From positions 31,568 through 95,567 of IMG/VR virus record IMGVR_UViG_3300028048_000102: a stretch of DNA of 64,000 nt, one strand, 5' to 3'. A model generated the notes under the pieces. It did no database searches and was not told the DNA's origin. It worked only from the letters and a program-made list of their open reading frames with translations. Below are positions 9,300 to 18,077 of the stretch, piece by piece. Within the stretch, counting starts at the first letter, position 1; each line of letters starts with the position of its first letter. The DNA is from a virus. Taxonomy: Duplodnaviria > Caudoviricetes. The translations under genes and the position numbers were made by a program.

Positions 9300-10325
9300 A
9301 TGCTATCACCAAATTTTGATACTATTTATTTAATGCTTGGATTTGATTGTAATGCTAGTTGTAAATATTGTTTACAAAAAGGTATTCAAAAATCTTTATC
9401 TACAGAAATAAATGAAGATATAATAGATTTTATATCAAGTTTTAACAATAAAAATTTTCTAGTTACTTTTATTGGTGGTGAACCTTTATTATATTGGGAT
9501 AAAATTAAATATATTGTACAAAAAGTACATAATAAAAAGGTTTATTCAAAGTATAGAATATTTACTAATGGATTGCTACTAGATAATGAGAAAATAGAAT
9601 TTCTAAATAAAAATGATTTTAATGTTTCATTATCATGGGATGGTATAAATACTAATCAAACTAGATCGTTTGATATATTTTCTATGAATAGTAAAATATT
9701 GAATATCAAAAATTTGCTAATAAATTCAATTCTTACTAAATACTCTTATCCTAGCGATATTATAGATGGAGTTATTAAGATAAATGAAAAGTATAAGAAA
9801 ATTCATGGATATAATTTAAGAATGCATATAGAACCATTTTGTGATACTGGTACTTGTAATCAAGATTCTCTTAATAATATGGACTATAATAAGTTATATG
9901 AAGAAATCTATAATTTAACTACTAAAGTTTTAAATAATAATGGGGAAGATTTAATATATCAAGAATTTATCTTAGATAAGTTAAATAAAATAACTAATGG
10001 ATTGAAATATGATCCAGTTATTAGTAGAGGCGGTTGCAAATGTGGTTGGAATCATCTAAATATGGATCTACAAGGTAATTTATATAGATGCCATAATACC
10101 ATACAGTTAGTTGGAAATATAAATGATACCTTAGATATGTATTATAAAAAATTATCACAAGTAGATACTAGAAAAAGGGATACGAGATGTAGTGATTGTG
10201 AAGTAAGATGGCTTTGTCAAGGTGGATGTAAAACAGTACCTGAAGAATTAGAAGAAAAATATTGCGAAGTTCAAAAAGCCTATTATATAGGATTTTATAA
10301 AGCTTTAGAAGACTGGGGGAAATAA
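9300..10325 (+). CDS. radical SAM/SPASM-domain protein 6
   Basis: CNASCKYC, GGEP, TNG, SWDG; DLQGNLYRCH, CSDCEVRWLCQGGC; paralog of 10327..11427. Confidence 0.92.
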   Translation: MLSPNFDTIYLMLGFDCNASCKYCLQKGIQKSLSTEINEDIIDFISSFNNKNFLVTFIGGEPLLYWDKIKYIVQKVHNKKVYSKYRIFTNGLLLDNEKIEFLNKNDFNVSLSWDGINTNQTRSFDIFSMNSKILNIKNLLINSILTKYSYPSDIIDGVIKINEKYKKIHGYNLRMHIEPFCDTGTCNQDSLNNMDYNKLYEEIYNLTTKVLNNNGEDLIYQEFILDKLNKITNGLKYDPVISRGGCKCGWNHLNMDLQGNLYRCHNTIQLVGNINDTLDMYYKKLSQVDTRKRDTRCSDCEVRWLCQGGCKTVPEELEEKYCEVQKAYYIGFYKALEDWGK

Positions 10326-10326
10326 T

Positions 10327-11427
10327 GTGTTAGGGTATAGTTTTGAAAGCGTTTATTTAATGCTAGGCTCAGATTGTAATGCAAATTGTTCTTATTGTTT
10401 GCAAAAGGGTAATACTAAAAAACAAAAATTTCCAGATAAATTGAATTATAAAGTAATTGACTTTATTGAGTTAATGGCTTCTAGATATTATGAATCACAA
10501 GAAAATACTCCAGTAAATAATAGAAAATATTTTTGGGTAACTTACTTTGGTGGAGAACCATTATTAAAATTTGATTTGATAAAAGAAGTAAATGAAGAAC
10601 TTTTAAAAAGAGGAGTTATTTTTAGAAGTTCTATAATAACTAATGGGTTATTATTAGATGAAGATAAAGTAAATTATTTCAATAAACATAATTTTGTTGT
10701 AGCACTTTCGCATGATGGGCTATACTCTAAGAAAAATAGAGGATATAATGTATTTGAAATAGTTGATTCTAATGTGATTATGAAAATAAATAGGTTAGCA
10801 CTTAATGCAGTGCTAACTGTTAATTCTTATCTTGATGATATTATAGAAGATTATTTGAATATAAATGAGAAGTATAGTGAAGTTCATAATTATAATATTG
10901 AAATGAATATAGAAACTTTCTTAGATACTGGAAGTTGTAATCAAGAAAAGTTAGATGATTTTGACTATGATAAATTATATAATCAATCTTATAATTTAAT
11001 GATGAAATATGCTAAAGGAAATTATAATGATAAAACTTTACCATCAAATAATTTAATATCAAAATATATCAAAGAATTTATATTAAAAGTAAAAAATAAT
11101 ATAAATTCCACTCCAGAAAGGGGTGGATGTTATTGTGGCCGAAAGGTATTAAATTTAGATTTAGATGGTAATTTGTATAGCTGTCATAATTCAAGTTTCC
11201 CTATAAGTAGAATAGAAGATAGTATAAATGATTACTTTATTAATCTAGGATGTGCAGATAGACGAGTAAATGTTCCTCCATGTGAAGATTGTTATGTAAA
11301 GTTCCTTTGTGTTGGAGGATGTAAAATGGTTCCTGAAGAACTAGATGAAAAATACTGTAAGATGCAAAGAGCTTTTTATGGTGGATTTATAAAAGCTTTA
11401 TGCGATTGGGGTGAAAATTGTGATTAA
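10327..11427 (+). CDS. radical SAM/SPASM-domain protein 7
   Basis: CNANCSYC, FGGEP, TNG, SHDG..RG; DLDGNLYSCH, CEDCYVKFLCVGGC. Confidence 0.92.
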   Translation: MLGYSFESVYLMLGSDCNANCSYCLQKGNTKKQKFPDKLNYKVIDFIELMASRYYESQENTPVNNRKYFWVTYFGGEPLLKFDLIKEVNEELLKRGVIFRSSIITNGLLLDEDKVNYFNKHNFVVALSHDGLYSKKNRGYNVFEIVDSNVIMKINRLALNAVLTVNSYLDDIIEDYLNINEKYSEVHNYNIEMNIETFLDTGSCNQEKLDDFDYDKLYNQSYNLMMKYAKGNYNDKTLPSNNLISKYIKEFILKVKNNINSTPERGGCYCGRKVLNLDLDGNLYSCHNSSFPISRIEDSINDYFINLGCADRRVNVPPCEDCYVKFLCVGGCKMVPEELDEKYCKMQRAFYGGFIKALCDWGENCD

Positions 11428-11962
11428 TTATTATCTTAAGTTGGGAAAGGTTATTAAAGGTAAAAAATTAGATAATAATTACTATATTGGAACTAATTTT
11501 GTTTATGAATCTGAACAAGAACCAGAGAAACATAAACAATTATACCATGGTAATTATTTAATAATGGATACATGGGGTGATAATTGGTTTTTAAAATTAC
11601 CATATGATAATGCTAGTGGAAGTGTTCTTTTAAGTGGTTTAGGATTAGGTGTTTTACCTAATTTATTATTAACTAAGACAGAAGTAACAGAAATATTAAT
11701 AGTTGAAAAAGAAAAATCTATTATTGATTATATAAAACAATATATAGATTCTGATAAAGTTAATTATATTTGGATGGATATAAGAGATTATCATCCAGAT
11801 AAAGAATTTGATTATTGTTTTATTGATATTTGGTGTGACGAAAATAGAAAAGAAAGAGAATCAGATGAGAAAATATTACTTGAAAATCTTTCATCATATT
11901 GTAAGAGAATTGATTTTTGTCAAACTTTAGAAGAAGCTAAAAAATATTGTGGGGAGGAATAA
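11411..11962 (+). CDS. class I SAM-dependent methyltransferase / spermidine-synthase-like protein
   Basis: VLLSGLGLG motif I, acidic IVEKE, FDYCFIDIW; start may be GTG at 11420. Confidence 0.7.
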   Translation: MKIVINYYLKLGKVIKGKKLDNNYYIGTNFVYESEQEPEKHKQLYHGNYLIMDTWGDNWFLKLPYDNASGSVLLSGLGLGVLPNLLLTKTEVTEILIVEKEKSIIDYIKQYIDSDKVNYIWMDIRDYHPDKEFDYCFIDIWCDENRKERESDEKILLENLSSYCKRIDFCQTLEEAKKYCGEE

Positions 11963-11965
11963 ATT

Positions 11966-12583
11966 ATGGCATATGGTGAATGGTTACCAAAATTAAATCC
12001 ACAGTATGGTGGATTTGAAGATGGTGATGTAATAGCTTATGAAGAAAGAGATAATATAGTTGGATATAGAAAAGCTAATTCCAATGATAAGTTTATTATT
12101 GGTGTAGTTTGTAATGGCTGTACTGCATTTAGTCATACAGAACCAAATCCATTCTTTTATGATTCTGCTGGTAATGAAATAGAATTTAAAGATAATCAGG
12201 AAAAAACTTCATATGGATTTATTCCTGTAGCTTTAAATGGTATTGTTAGAGTCAAATTCAAAGGCGAATTTGTTTCTGGTGGATTAGTGTGTATGTCTGA
12301 TGTACAAGGAGTATCAAGATTACAAACTAATCCTGATACTGAAGTAGCTTTTGGTAAACTCTTAAATGATATAAGTCCTAGTGAAGGTGAAGAAGAATCA
12401 ATAAGATATGTAGATATAATACTATTAGATAATAGTATTCTTACTAAAATTGATAATACAGATCAGGAAACTGAAGCTTTAATTGCTGAGAACAAAGAAT
12501 TAAAGGAGCAAGTTTCTGAGCTTAATGATGCATTATTAGAAGTAATGTTTGGTTCAGAAGAGGAATCTTTTGATGAATTATAA
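11966..12583 (+). CDS. stand-alone peptidase G2/chaperone-like domain plus coiled coil (tail fibre accessory)
   Basis: YGEWLP..GDVI..IIGVV..IPVALNGIVRVKFKG parallels the C-terminus of 4923..6266; tail ELKEQVSELNDALLE. Confidence 0.6.
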   Translation: MAYGEWLPKLNPQYGGFEDGDVIAYEERDNIVGYRKANSNDKFIIGVVCNGCTAFSHTEPNPFFYDSAGNEIEFKDNQEKTSYGFIPVALNGIVRVKFKGEFVSGGLVCMSDVQGVSRLQTNPDTEVAFGKLLNDISPSEGEEESIRYVDIILLDNSILTKIDNTDQETEALIAENKELKEQVSELNDALLEVMFGSEEESFDEL

Positions 12584-12597
12584 GGAGTTGTTAAATT

Positions 12598-12762
12598 ATG
12601 GCAAGTTTTTTGGCAAGAAATCTTATTGCAGGTAAAATCAAATGGTCTCAGATTGAGAATTCTAAGACTTATGCTAAGTATGCGGATGCTACACTTGTAA
12701 TACTGGAAGAACAAGGTTACATAATTGATGAAAATGGTAATTGTGTACCAGCCTCTAACTGA
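12598..12762 (+). CDS. small 54-aa protein closing the tail-fibre module (XkdX/CD1375-like position)
   Basis: SD AAGGAG; MASFLARNLIAGKIKWSQI...; below the ORF-track cutoff. Confidence 0.55.
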   Translation: MASFLARNLIAGKIKWSQIENSKTYAKYADATLVILEEQGYIIDENGNCVPASN

Positions 12763-12841
12763 AAACTATCTAAGAAGTTAATTCAAGAATTATTTTTACA
12801 TAGTAAAAATATAGTAAGAAAAATTATAAGCTAATAACTGT

Positions 12842-12867
12842 TCCCTCTACCCAATTGGGTAGAGGGA
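12842..12867. terminator. bidirectional hairpin terminator, CCCTCTACCC family
   Basis: TCCCTCTACCCA / TGGGTAGAGGGA between convergent genes. Confidence 0.75.
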
Positions 12868-12873
12868 TATATA

Positions 12874-13185
12874 TTATTCATCATTTCTCATATTGAGTAA
12901 TATTTCACCAGCATATAAATATTTCTTAATATTAGAAAATTTATCTTCAAATTTGAATATATTATTCTTTCTATCTACCCAATATATAATATCTTCTGGT
13001 ATATAGTCTAAAGCTACTGTATTATATGTAAATACTTCAATTTTTTCATATTTACTATACTCCAGAAATTTATCAATTTCTCTCTCCATAATATGGGGAT
13101 GATAATCAAATTTCTTTTCTTTTATACCTTTAGACTTTAAGAAATCTATTTGTTTTTCTGTTTCTGGTACATATACTTTTAGCAT
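12874..13185 (-). CDS. hypothetical protein, paralog of 13202..13528
   Basis: Shared KVY.PE..QI.FLKS, FDYHP, TYNT.ALD.IP, YWVD, YLYAG. Confidence 0.8.
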   Translation of the reverse strand: MLKVYVPETEKQIDFLKSKGIKEKKFDYHPHIMEREIDKFLEYSKYEKIEVFTYNTVALDYIPEDIIYWVDRKNNIFKFEDKFSNIKKYLYAGEILLNMRNDE

Positions 13186-13201
13186 TTATTTTTCTCCTTC
13201 C

Positions 13202-13528
13202 TTAAGAATAATATTCTTTTGCTATCGTACTAAGTAATGTTTTTCCAGCATAAAGATAGTTTGATATATTACCAAACTTCTCTTCAAATTTAAGTATTGT
13301 ATTTCTCTTATCTACCCAATATAAATATTTTTTAGGTATAAAGTCCAATGCTAAAGTATTATATGTATATACTTCTAATGAAGTATTATAATTTTTATCT
13401 ACCCATTCATCTACTTTATCAAATAAAATACTTGGGTGATAGTCAAATTTCTCTTCTTTGATATCTCTAGACTTTAAAAACTCTATTTGAGCATCACTTT
13501 CTGGAATATATACTTTCATTTTAGTCAT
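13202..13528 (-). CDS. hypothetical protein, paralog of 12874..13185
   Basis: Tandem paralog with a good SD. Confidence 0.8.
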   Translation of the reverse strand: MTKMKVYIPESDAQIEFLKSRDIKEEKFDYHPSILFDKVDEWVDKNYNTSLEVYTYNTLALDFIPKKYLYWVDKRNTILKFEEKFGNISNYLYAGKTLLSTIAKEYYS

Positions 13529-13704
13529 AAATCATACCTCTTAAACTTAGATTCTATTTCTTTCTTTTCTAAATCAAAATCTTTTTCTTTTTTAAATATC
13601 ATTCTCCATGTATAAACAATCAAGATTCCTATAAGTATAAGCATTAATATAACAAATATCAGATATATTATTCCTAAATATGTAATTACTTCTAGTATAT
13701 CCAT
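13525..13704 (-). CDS. small single-TM membrane protein (59 aa)
   Basis: MDILEVITYLGIIYLIFVILMLILIGILIVY...; overlaps neighbouring start/stop codons. Confidence 0.6.
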   Translation of the reverse strand: MDILEVITYLGIIYLIFVILMLILIGILIVYTWRMIFKKEKDFDLEKKEIESKFKRYDL

Positions 13705-13967
13705 TACTTAGTAATCCTCCTGTCATAATAATCTACTTTATCTCCATAGTTTATATAATCTAATTGTTCAGAGTCATAGTACTTAATAGATTTTTTGAGT
13801 TTCTCTGTTTTATGTATATCATCTTTTACAAGCCGTACTATCTCTATATATCCTTTATACATCATAGCACTAAGTACAAGCATCATTACACATGTAATAA
13901 TGCCACAAATTCTAATAAATATTGTATCATCCAATAATTTCATCTCCAAACAAAGTAAGTTGCTCAT
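13704..13967 (-). CDS. small membrane protein
   Basis: One hydrophobic helix; start uncertain. Confidence 0.55.
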   Translation of the reverse strand: MSNLLCLEMKLLDDTIFIRICGIITCVMMLVLSAMMYKGYIEIVRLVKDDIHKTEKLKKSIKYYDSEQLDYINYGDKVDYYDRRITK

Positions 13968-14346
13968 ATTTAGGAAGAGTAACCTCTTTTTCTTTTTCTT
14001 TGAATCTTAACTCCTCGCATTTGAATCCATTATCATTTAGCCACTTAGAAACTAAATGTCTATGACAGAACTTTTCTGGAGATTCAAAGCACACTAAAAT
14101 CCTATTTCTTAATTCTCTTTCTACAATCTTAGGATCAAGAGTACTAAGATAATTATTATAATCAATAGTATATTTATTTACATCCCTTGTTTCTTTATAT
14201 CTATAAAGAATATCTTTAGGAGGAGCTAACTTAGGATATCTAGGAATAAAAATTCCTTTTGGTACATATAAAGCTATGCCAACACATCTAGTTTTCTGAT
14301 ATGAAGACATTTTCTTCATTGCCGCAAAATAAGAAGTATATATCAT
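13927..14346 (-). CDS. DUF488-like protein
   Basis: MIYTSYF...LAP...LVCFESPEKFCHRHLV..WL signature. Confidence 0.75.
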   Translation of the reverse strand: MIYTSYFAAMKKMSSYQKTRCVGIALYVPKGIFIPRYPKLAPPKDILYRYKETRDVNKYTIDYNNYLSTLDPKIVERELRNRILVCFESPEKFCHRHLVSKWLNDNGFKCEELRFKEKEKEVTLPKYEQLTLFGDEIIG

Positions 14347-14591
14347 AATTCTACGTCTCCTATTATTTCTTTAATTTTATCTTCATCTTTAGCCCATACT
14401 ACTTCAAAACTTTTAAAAGAATCTTTATATCTAGTAACCATATACACATATGGTTCAAGAGCACTTATTGGTCTTAAATGGTGAAAATCTAATCCCATTG
14501 TCATTTCTCTACTAATAACTACAGCTTGTTTTCTTTCATCATTATTAAATTTATAGTGAATAATATCTCCTTTTTGTAATAACGCTAACAT
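14343..14591 (-). CDS. hypothetical protein
   Basis: ORF with SD; ATGA overlap with the next gene. Confidence 0.6.
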   Translation of the reverse strand: MLALLQKGDIIHYKFNNDERKQAVVISREMTMGLDFHHLRPISALEPYVYMVTRYKDSFKSFEVVWAKDEDKIKEIIGDVEL

Positions 14592-14634
14592 GTAATATCA
14601 CCATCCCCTTAATACTAAGTAATTTTATAATTAA

Positions 14635-14654
14635 AAATATACTATATATATGAG
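14635..14654 (+). promoter_or_regulatory. putative early phage promoter motif
   Basis: AAATATACTATATATATGAG; seven copies in the window, all upstream of non-structural genes. Confidence 0.7.
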
Positions 14655-14689
14655 TAAGTAAAAAGCTCAAATAAAAGGAGGAAAATAAA

Positions 14690-15565
14690 ATGAAATTAAA
14701 AGGTAAGACTGGAGGATCTTGGTCAAAGATCGTAGAGTTTAATAAAGGAGAATACATTCATAAATTTAGTGCTCGAGCAATTCAGTTTGCTGATCCAAGT
14801 TTTGTATTAAAGCATGAAATTATTAGTATCGATGGTACTGAGAAATATGTAAACAAATTTATATTTGCAATTTATGATATCAATGTAATAGAAAGATATG
14901 ATGTATCTTTATTCATTGATCATCACAAAGATCTTCATAATTATAAGGATATCTTAACAACTAATCTTCTTTACTATATAAATAGAAGAAAGAAAATATT
15001 AGAAAAAGTTCATCCTAGAATGACCAATGAAGAATTATATGAGGCTGTAAAAAGTTCGAAGAATAGGTTCTCAGCAGATTTTATAATATATAGTACTAAA
15101 GAAGGAGATAAAGGAGATAGAAAAGTACGAATATCTTTAGCTAATATAGAAATATATAGCAAAAAGTATTACTTAGTTGCAGTTCAAATTAAAACTAAAG
15201 ATGGTTGGGACTTAAAATCAATTTCATATGGCGGAAGAGCATTTAAATTGGTAGATGCTAAGAATGGAATTATAAATGTACCAGATGCTATCTTCCATTA
15301 TAGTAATGGGAAACTAATTGCTTCTCCAGTATTTATTGGATATGAGAATGGATACATTAATGGATACATGAGAAAGAAATTAGAAGAATTAGTTAATGTA
15401 GCAATAGATTACATGAAAGAAAAAGGTAAAGAAAAACCATTCCTTAAGCTTAGAACTGATTATCGTGATTATGATACATATGTATATGGTATTCCTAAGT
15501 ATGATAAAACTAAGCTTGCTAAAGAACTCAGATTGGATAATGAAAGCTGGGTTTTGCCATTTTAA
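14690..15565 (+). CDS. hypothetical (putative early) protein
   Basis: 291-aa ORF with strong SD AGGAGG after the motif. Confidence 0.8.
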   Translation: MKLKGKTGGSWSKIVEFNKGEYIHKFSARAIQFADPSFVLKHEIISIDGTEKYVNKFIFAIYDINVIERYDVSLFIDHHKDLHNYKDILTTNLLYYINRRKKILEKVHPRMTNEELYEAVKSSKNRFSADFIIYSTKEGDKGDRKVRISLANIEIYSKKYYLVAVQIKTKDGWDLKSISYGGRAFKLVDAKNGIINVPDAIFHYSNGKLIASPVFIGYENGYINGYMRKKLEELVNVAIDYMKEKGKEKPFLKLRTDYRDYDTYVYGIPKYDKTKLAKELRLDNESWVLPF

Positions 15566-15620
15566 TAATATTTATATCCCAGAGCTTTATGCTCTGGGAA
15601 TATATTTAGGAGGAATTAAT

Positions 15621-16343
15621 ATGGAAAAGAAAATTATAGAATGTAATGTTAATGGTTTCAAAATGTTATATACGGCTGAAATCAATAATATGGATTATCT
15701 TGGAGAGGAAAATCTTAATAAAAAATATATACATGTTAAGTGTACACTTTCTAGTAAGAAAACAGAGGAAACACTGTCTTATAAAAAGGTATATAGTTTA
15801 GATGTGAGTAAATTAGATACTCCTGATAATATTAAAACCTTTGTATGTGAAATTTTATATGATATTGATATTTCTTATAATAAAAATAGATTTATTGAAA
15901 AACTTACTGAAATTATAAAAGAATATAAATCCAAAAATTTAAATTTTGATAAATTAGAAGAATATTTTGATAATGATGATGATATTCATAGTTATTATTT
16001 AAGTAATGAGTTTAGTAGTTATATGGAATTTATACCAGTTAATGCTAATATTGAGTTTAATACAAAATTAGCTATATATCCATATTATTACAATAAATCA
16101 TATAATCTTCATGTAAAATTAACATATTCTTATACTAAGTGGGATGATACTTTTGAGTATAAAATAAACTCAGTTAGTCATCTAAATAATAAGTGTGACT
16201 ATGAAAAAGTAACTCTTGATATTTTAAGATTAATACATTATAAAGGATATGTAAATCCTACTATAAATACATTTAATACTGTATTTGACATGGTTGAATA
16301 TTGTTTTGATAATGATTTGTTTAAGAATATTGATCAATTATAA
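15621..16343 (+). CDS. hypothetical protein, tandem paralog 1
   Basis: Start revised to ATG 15621 (SD AGGAGG); ends YCFDNDLFKNIDQL. Confidence 0.75.
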   Translation: MEKKIIECNVNGFKMLYTAEINNMDYLGEENLNKKYIHVKCTLSSKKTEETLSYKKVYSLDVSKLDTPDNIKTFVCEILYDIDISYNKNRFIEKLTEIIKEYKSKNLNFDKLEEYFDNDDDIHSYYLSNEFSSYMEFIPVNANIEFNTKLAIYPYYYNKSYNLHVKLTYSYTKWDDTFEYKINSVSHLNNKCDYEKVTLDILRLIHYKGYVNPTINTFNTVFDMVEYCFDNDLFKNIDQL

Positions 16344-16356
16344 AGGAGAAAATAAT

Positions 16357-17085
16357 ATGGTGGAAAAAGAACTTTTAAAATTTGAATTAAACGGATGCGT
16401 GTTTACTTATACAGGTATAATTAATGATCAGGATTTTACATTTATTCATATCAATTGTATTATATCAAATAGTGTCAATTGTATTATATCAAATAGTGAT
16501 TCAGAAGATACAATAGAATATTCATATGGAGATGTATTGAATCAAATAAACAAATCAAATATTTTAGAAAAAGCTAATAATATTGCAGAATTGATGAATA
16601 TATCTTATTGTAAGAATAAATTTATTAATGAACTTGTTAGTTTCATTAATGATGAATATTTACTCAAGCAAATAAATACATCTAAATTGATAGAATACTT
16701 TAATAAATCTGAGCATATGGATAAGTTATCTCATGCATTTGATAGCACTAAATTTGAAGATAGAACTGGCAAAATTTTTAATACTTATTTAAATATTTAT
16801 CCATATTCTTTTAATAATAAATTCTTATTGCATGTAAATTTAGATTATAGAGATATTGGAGATGATATTATTCCTTATCTGCTCAATAATCTTACTACTT
16901 TTGAATTAGAGTTAGCTTCTAGCAATTATCAATTAAGTAGATTTGAAAAAGATGCAATAAATCTTTTAATGAAAATACAGAGTATTGGTAATGTAATTCC
17001 AAATATTGAATCTGTTTTAGATACAATAGATATGATTAAATATTGTTTTGATAATAGATTGTTTAAGAATATTGATCAATTATAA
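16357..17085 (+). CDS. hypothetical protein, tandem paralog 2
   Basis: Start revised to ATG 16357 (SD AAGGAG); ends YCFDNRLFKNIDQL. Confidence 0.75.
   Translation: MVEKELLKFELNGCVFTYTGIINDQDFTFIHINCIISNSVNCIISNSDSEDTIEYSYGDVLNQINKSNILEKANNIAELMNISYCKNKFINELVSFINDEYLLKQINTSKLIEYFNKSEHMDKLSHAFDSTKFEDRTGKIFNTYLNIYPYSFNNKFLLHVNLDYRDIGDDIIPYLLNNLTTFELELASSNYQLSRFEKDAINLLMKIQSIGNVIPNIESVLDTIDMIKYCFDNRLFKNIDQL
16451..16498 (+). repeat. perfect 24-nt in-frame tandem duplication
   Basis: TCAATTGTATTATATCAAATAGTG x2. Confidence 0.9.
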
Positions 17086-17098
17086 AGGAGAAAATAAT

Positions 17099-17935
17099 AT
17101 GATTAAAGAAATTATTAGCTCAGAATACTGCGGAATAAGGATTATATTTGAAATCAATATAAATCATAAATATCAGAATAAAGCTCAAATAATCCAGAGA
17201 AGTATTCTAAATGATAATGTTACAGAAAAAATTATAACTCTAGACTTATCTACTTTAGGAAATAAGTGCAATAGAAGTAATTTAGATGCTATATCTGAAG
17301 ATATTGCAAATAGATTCAAAGTTGATGAAAATATCAAAGAAAAGTTTATAAATAATTTAACTGATATCCTCATTAAGCAAATTCAATGTAATACTGATTA
17401 CTTAAAAGAAGAAGATTTAGAATTAATCAAGAGTAATTATAAATATGATAAACAATATTTGATGTTGCATTTGATTCATACATCTTCAGATTCTAAAGAT
17501 GATTTTAGATTAAGTCTTAGAATTTACGGATATGCTATATTACCAAAAGGATGTGAAGAACCTGATGAATATGATTATGAAGAAGCTGAAAGATTTATAC
17601 TTGCAGAAGTATCTAGAGATAATTATTTAGAGAATCCTTCTATCTTTATTTATAATATAGGATTTATAGATAAAGGATTTGGAATGATGATGAGAACTGA
17701 AGCTGCTTCAAATGATCTATTAAATGATATAATACACAAATATATAGATAATATAGAGGATGAATCATGTATTACATTTGGAATGGATAGAGAAGATATT
17801 AAGAAAATTAAAAAGAATGACGATCTTATTATCAATATTCCTGAATTAATAGCTGAAATAATGGTTTCATTGAATGTTAATGATGAAGAGCATAAGAAGA
17901 TAGTATTCTTTAAATCTGATTCAAAAGAAGAATAA
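17099..17935 (+). CDS. hypothetical protein
   Basis: Start revised to ATG 17099; SD region identical to that of 16357. Confidence 0.75.
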   Translation: MIKEIISSEYCGIRIIFEININHKYQNKAQIIQRSILNDNVTEKIITLDLSTLGNKCNRSNLDAISEDIANRFKVDENIKEKFINNLTDILIKQIQCNTDYLKEEDLELIKSNYKYDKQYLMLHLIHTSSDSKDDFRLSLRIYGYAILPKGCEEPDEYDYEEAERFILAEVSRDNYLENPSIFIYNIGFIDKGFGMMMRTEAASNDLLNDIIHKYIDNIEDESCITFGMDREDIKKIKKNDDLIINIPELIAEIMVSLNVNDEEHKKIVFFKSDSKEE

Positions 17936-17936
17936 G

Positions 17937-17956
17937 AAATATACTATATATATGAG
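17937..17956 (+). promoter_or_regulatory. putative early phage promoter motif
   Basis: AAATATACTATATATATGAG followed by a hairpin, upstream of the RNAP beta' gene. Confidence 0.7.
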
Positions 17957-18077
17957 GGAGTCAGAGCTATATGCTCTGACTCTCTTTATATTAGTTTAAG
18001 GAGGAATTTAGATTTTTAGTTTAAAAAAGACAATATACTAGTTGAGTATATATAAATGAAGAAAAGGAGAAAACAAG

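Noticed and set aside
355-11427. rSAMs as cofactor or DNA-modification enzymes (QueE, NrdG, MoaA)
   Set aside because: They have SPASM-type C-termini, and no queC/queD/folE or nrdD partners are nearby. Not fully excluded without a phylogeny.
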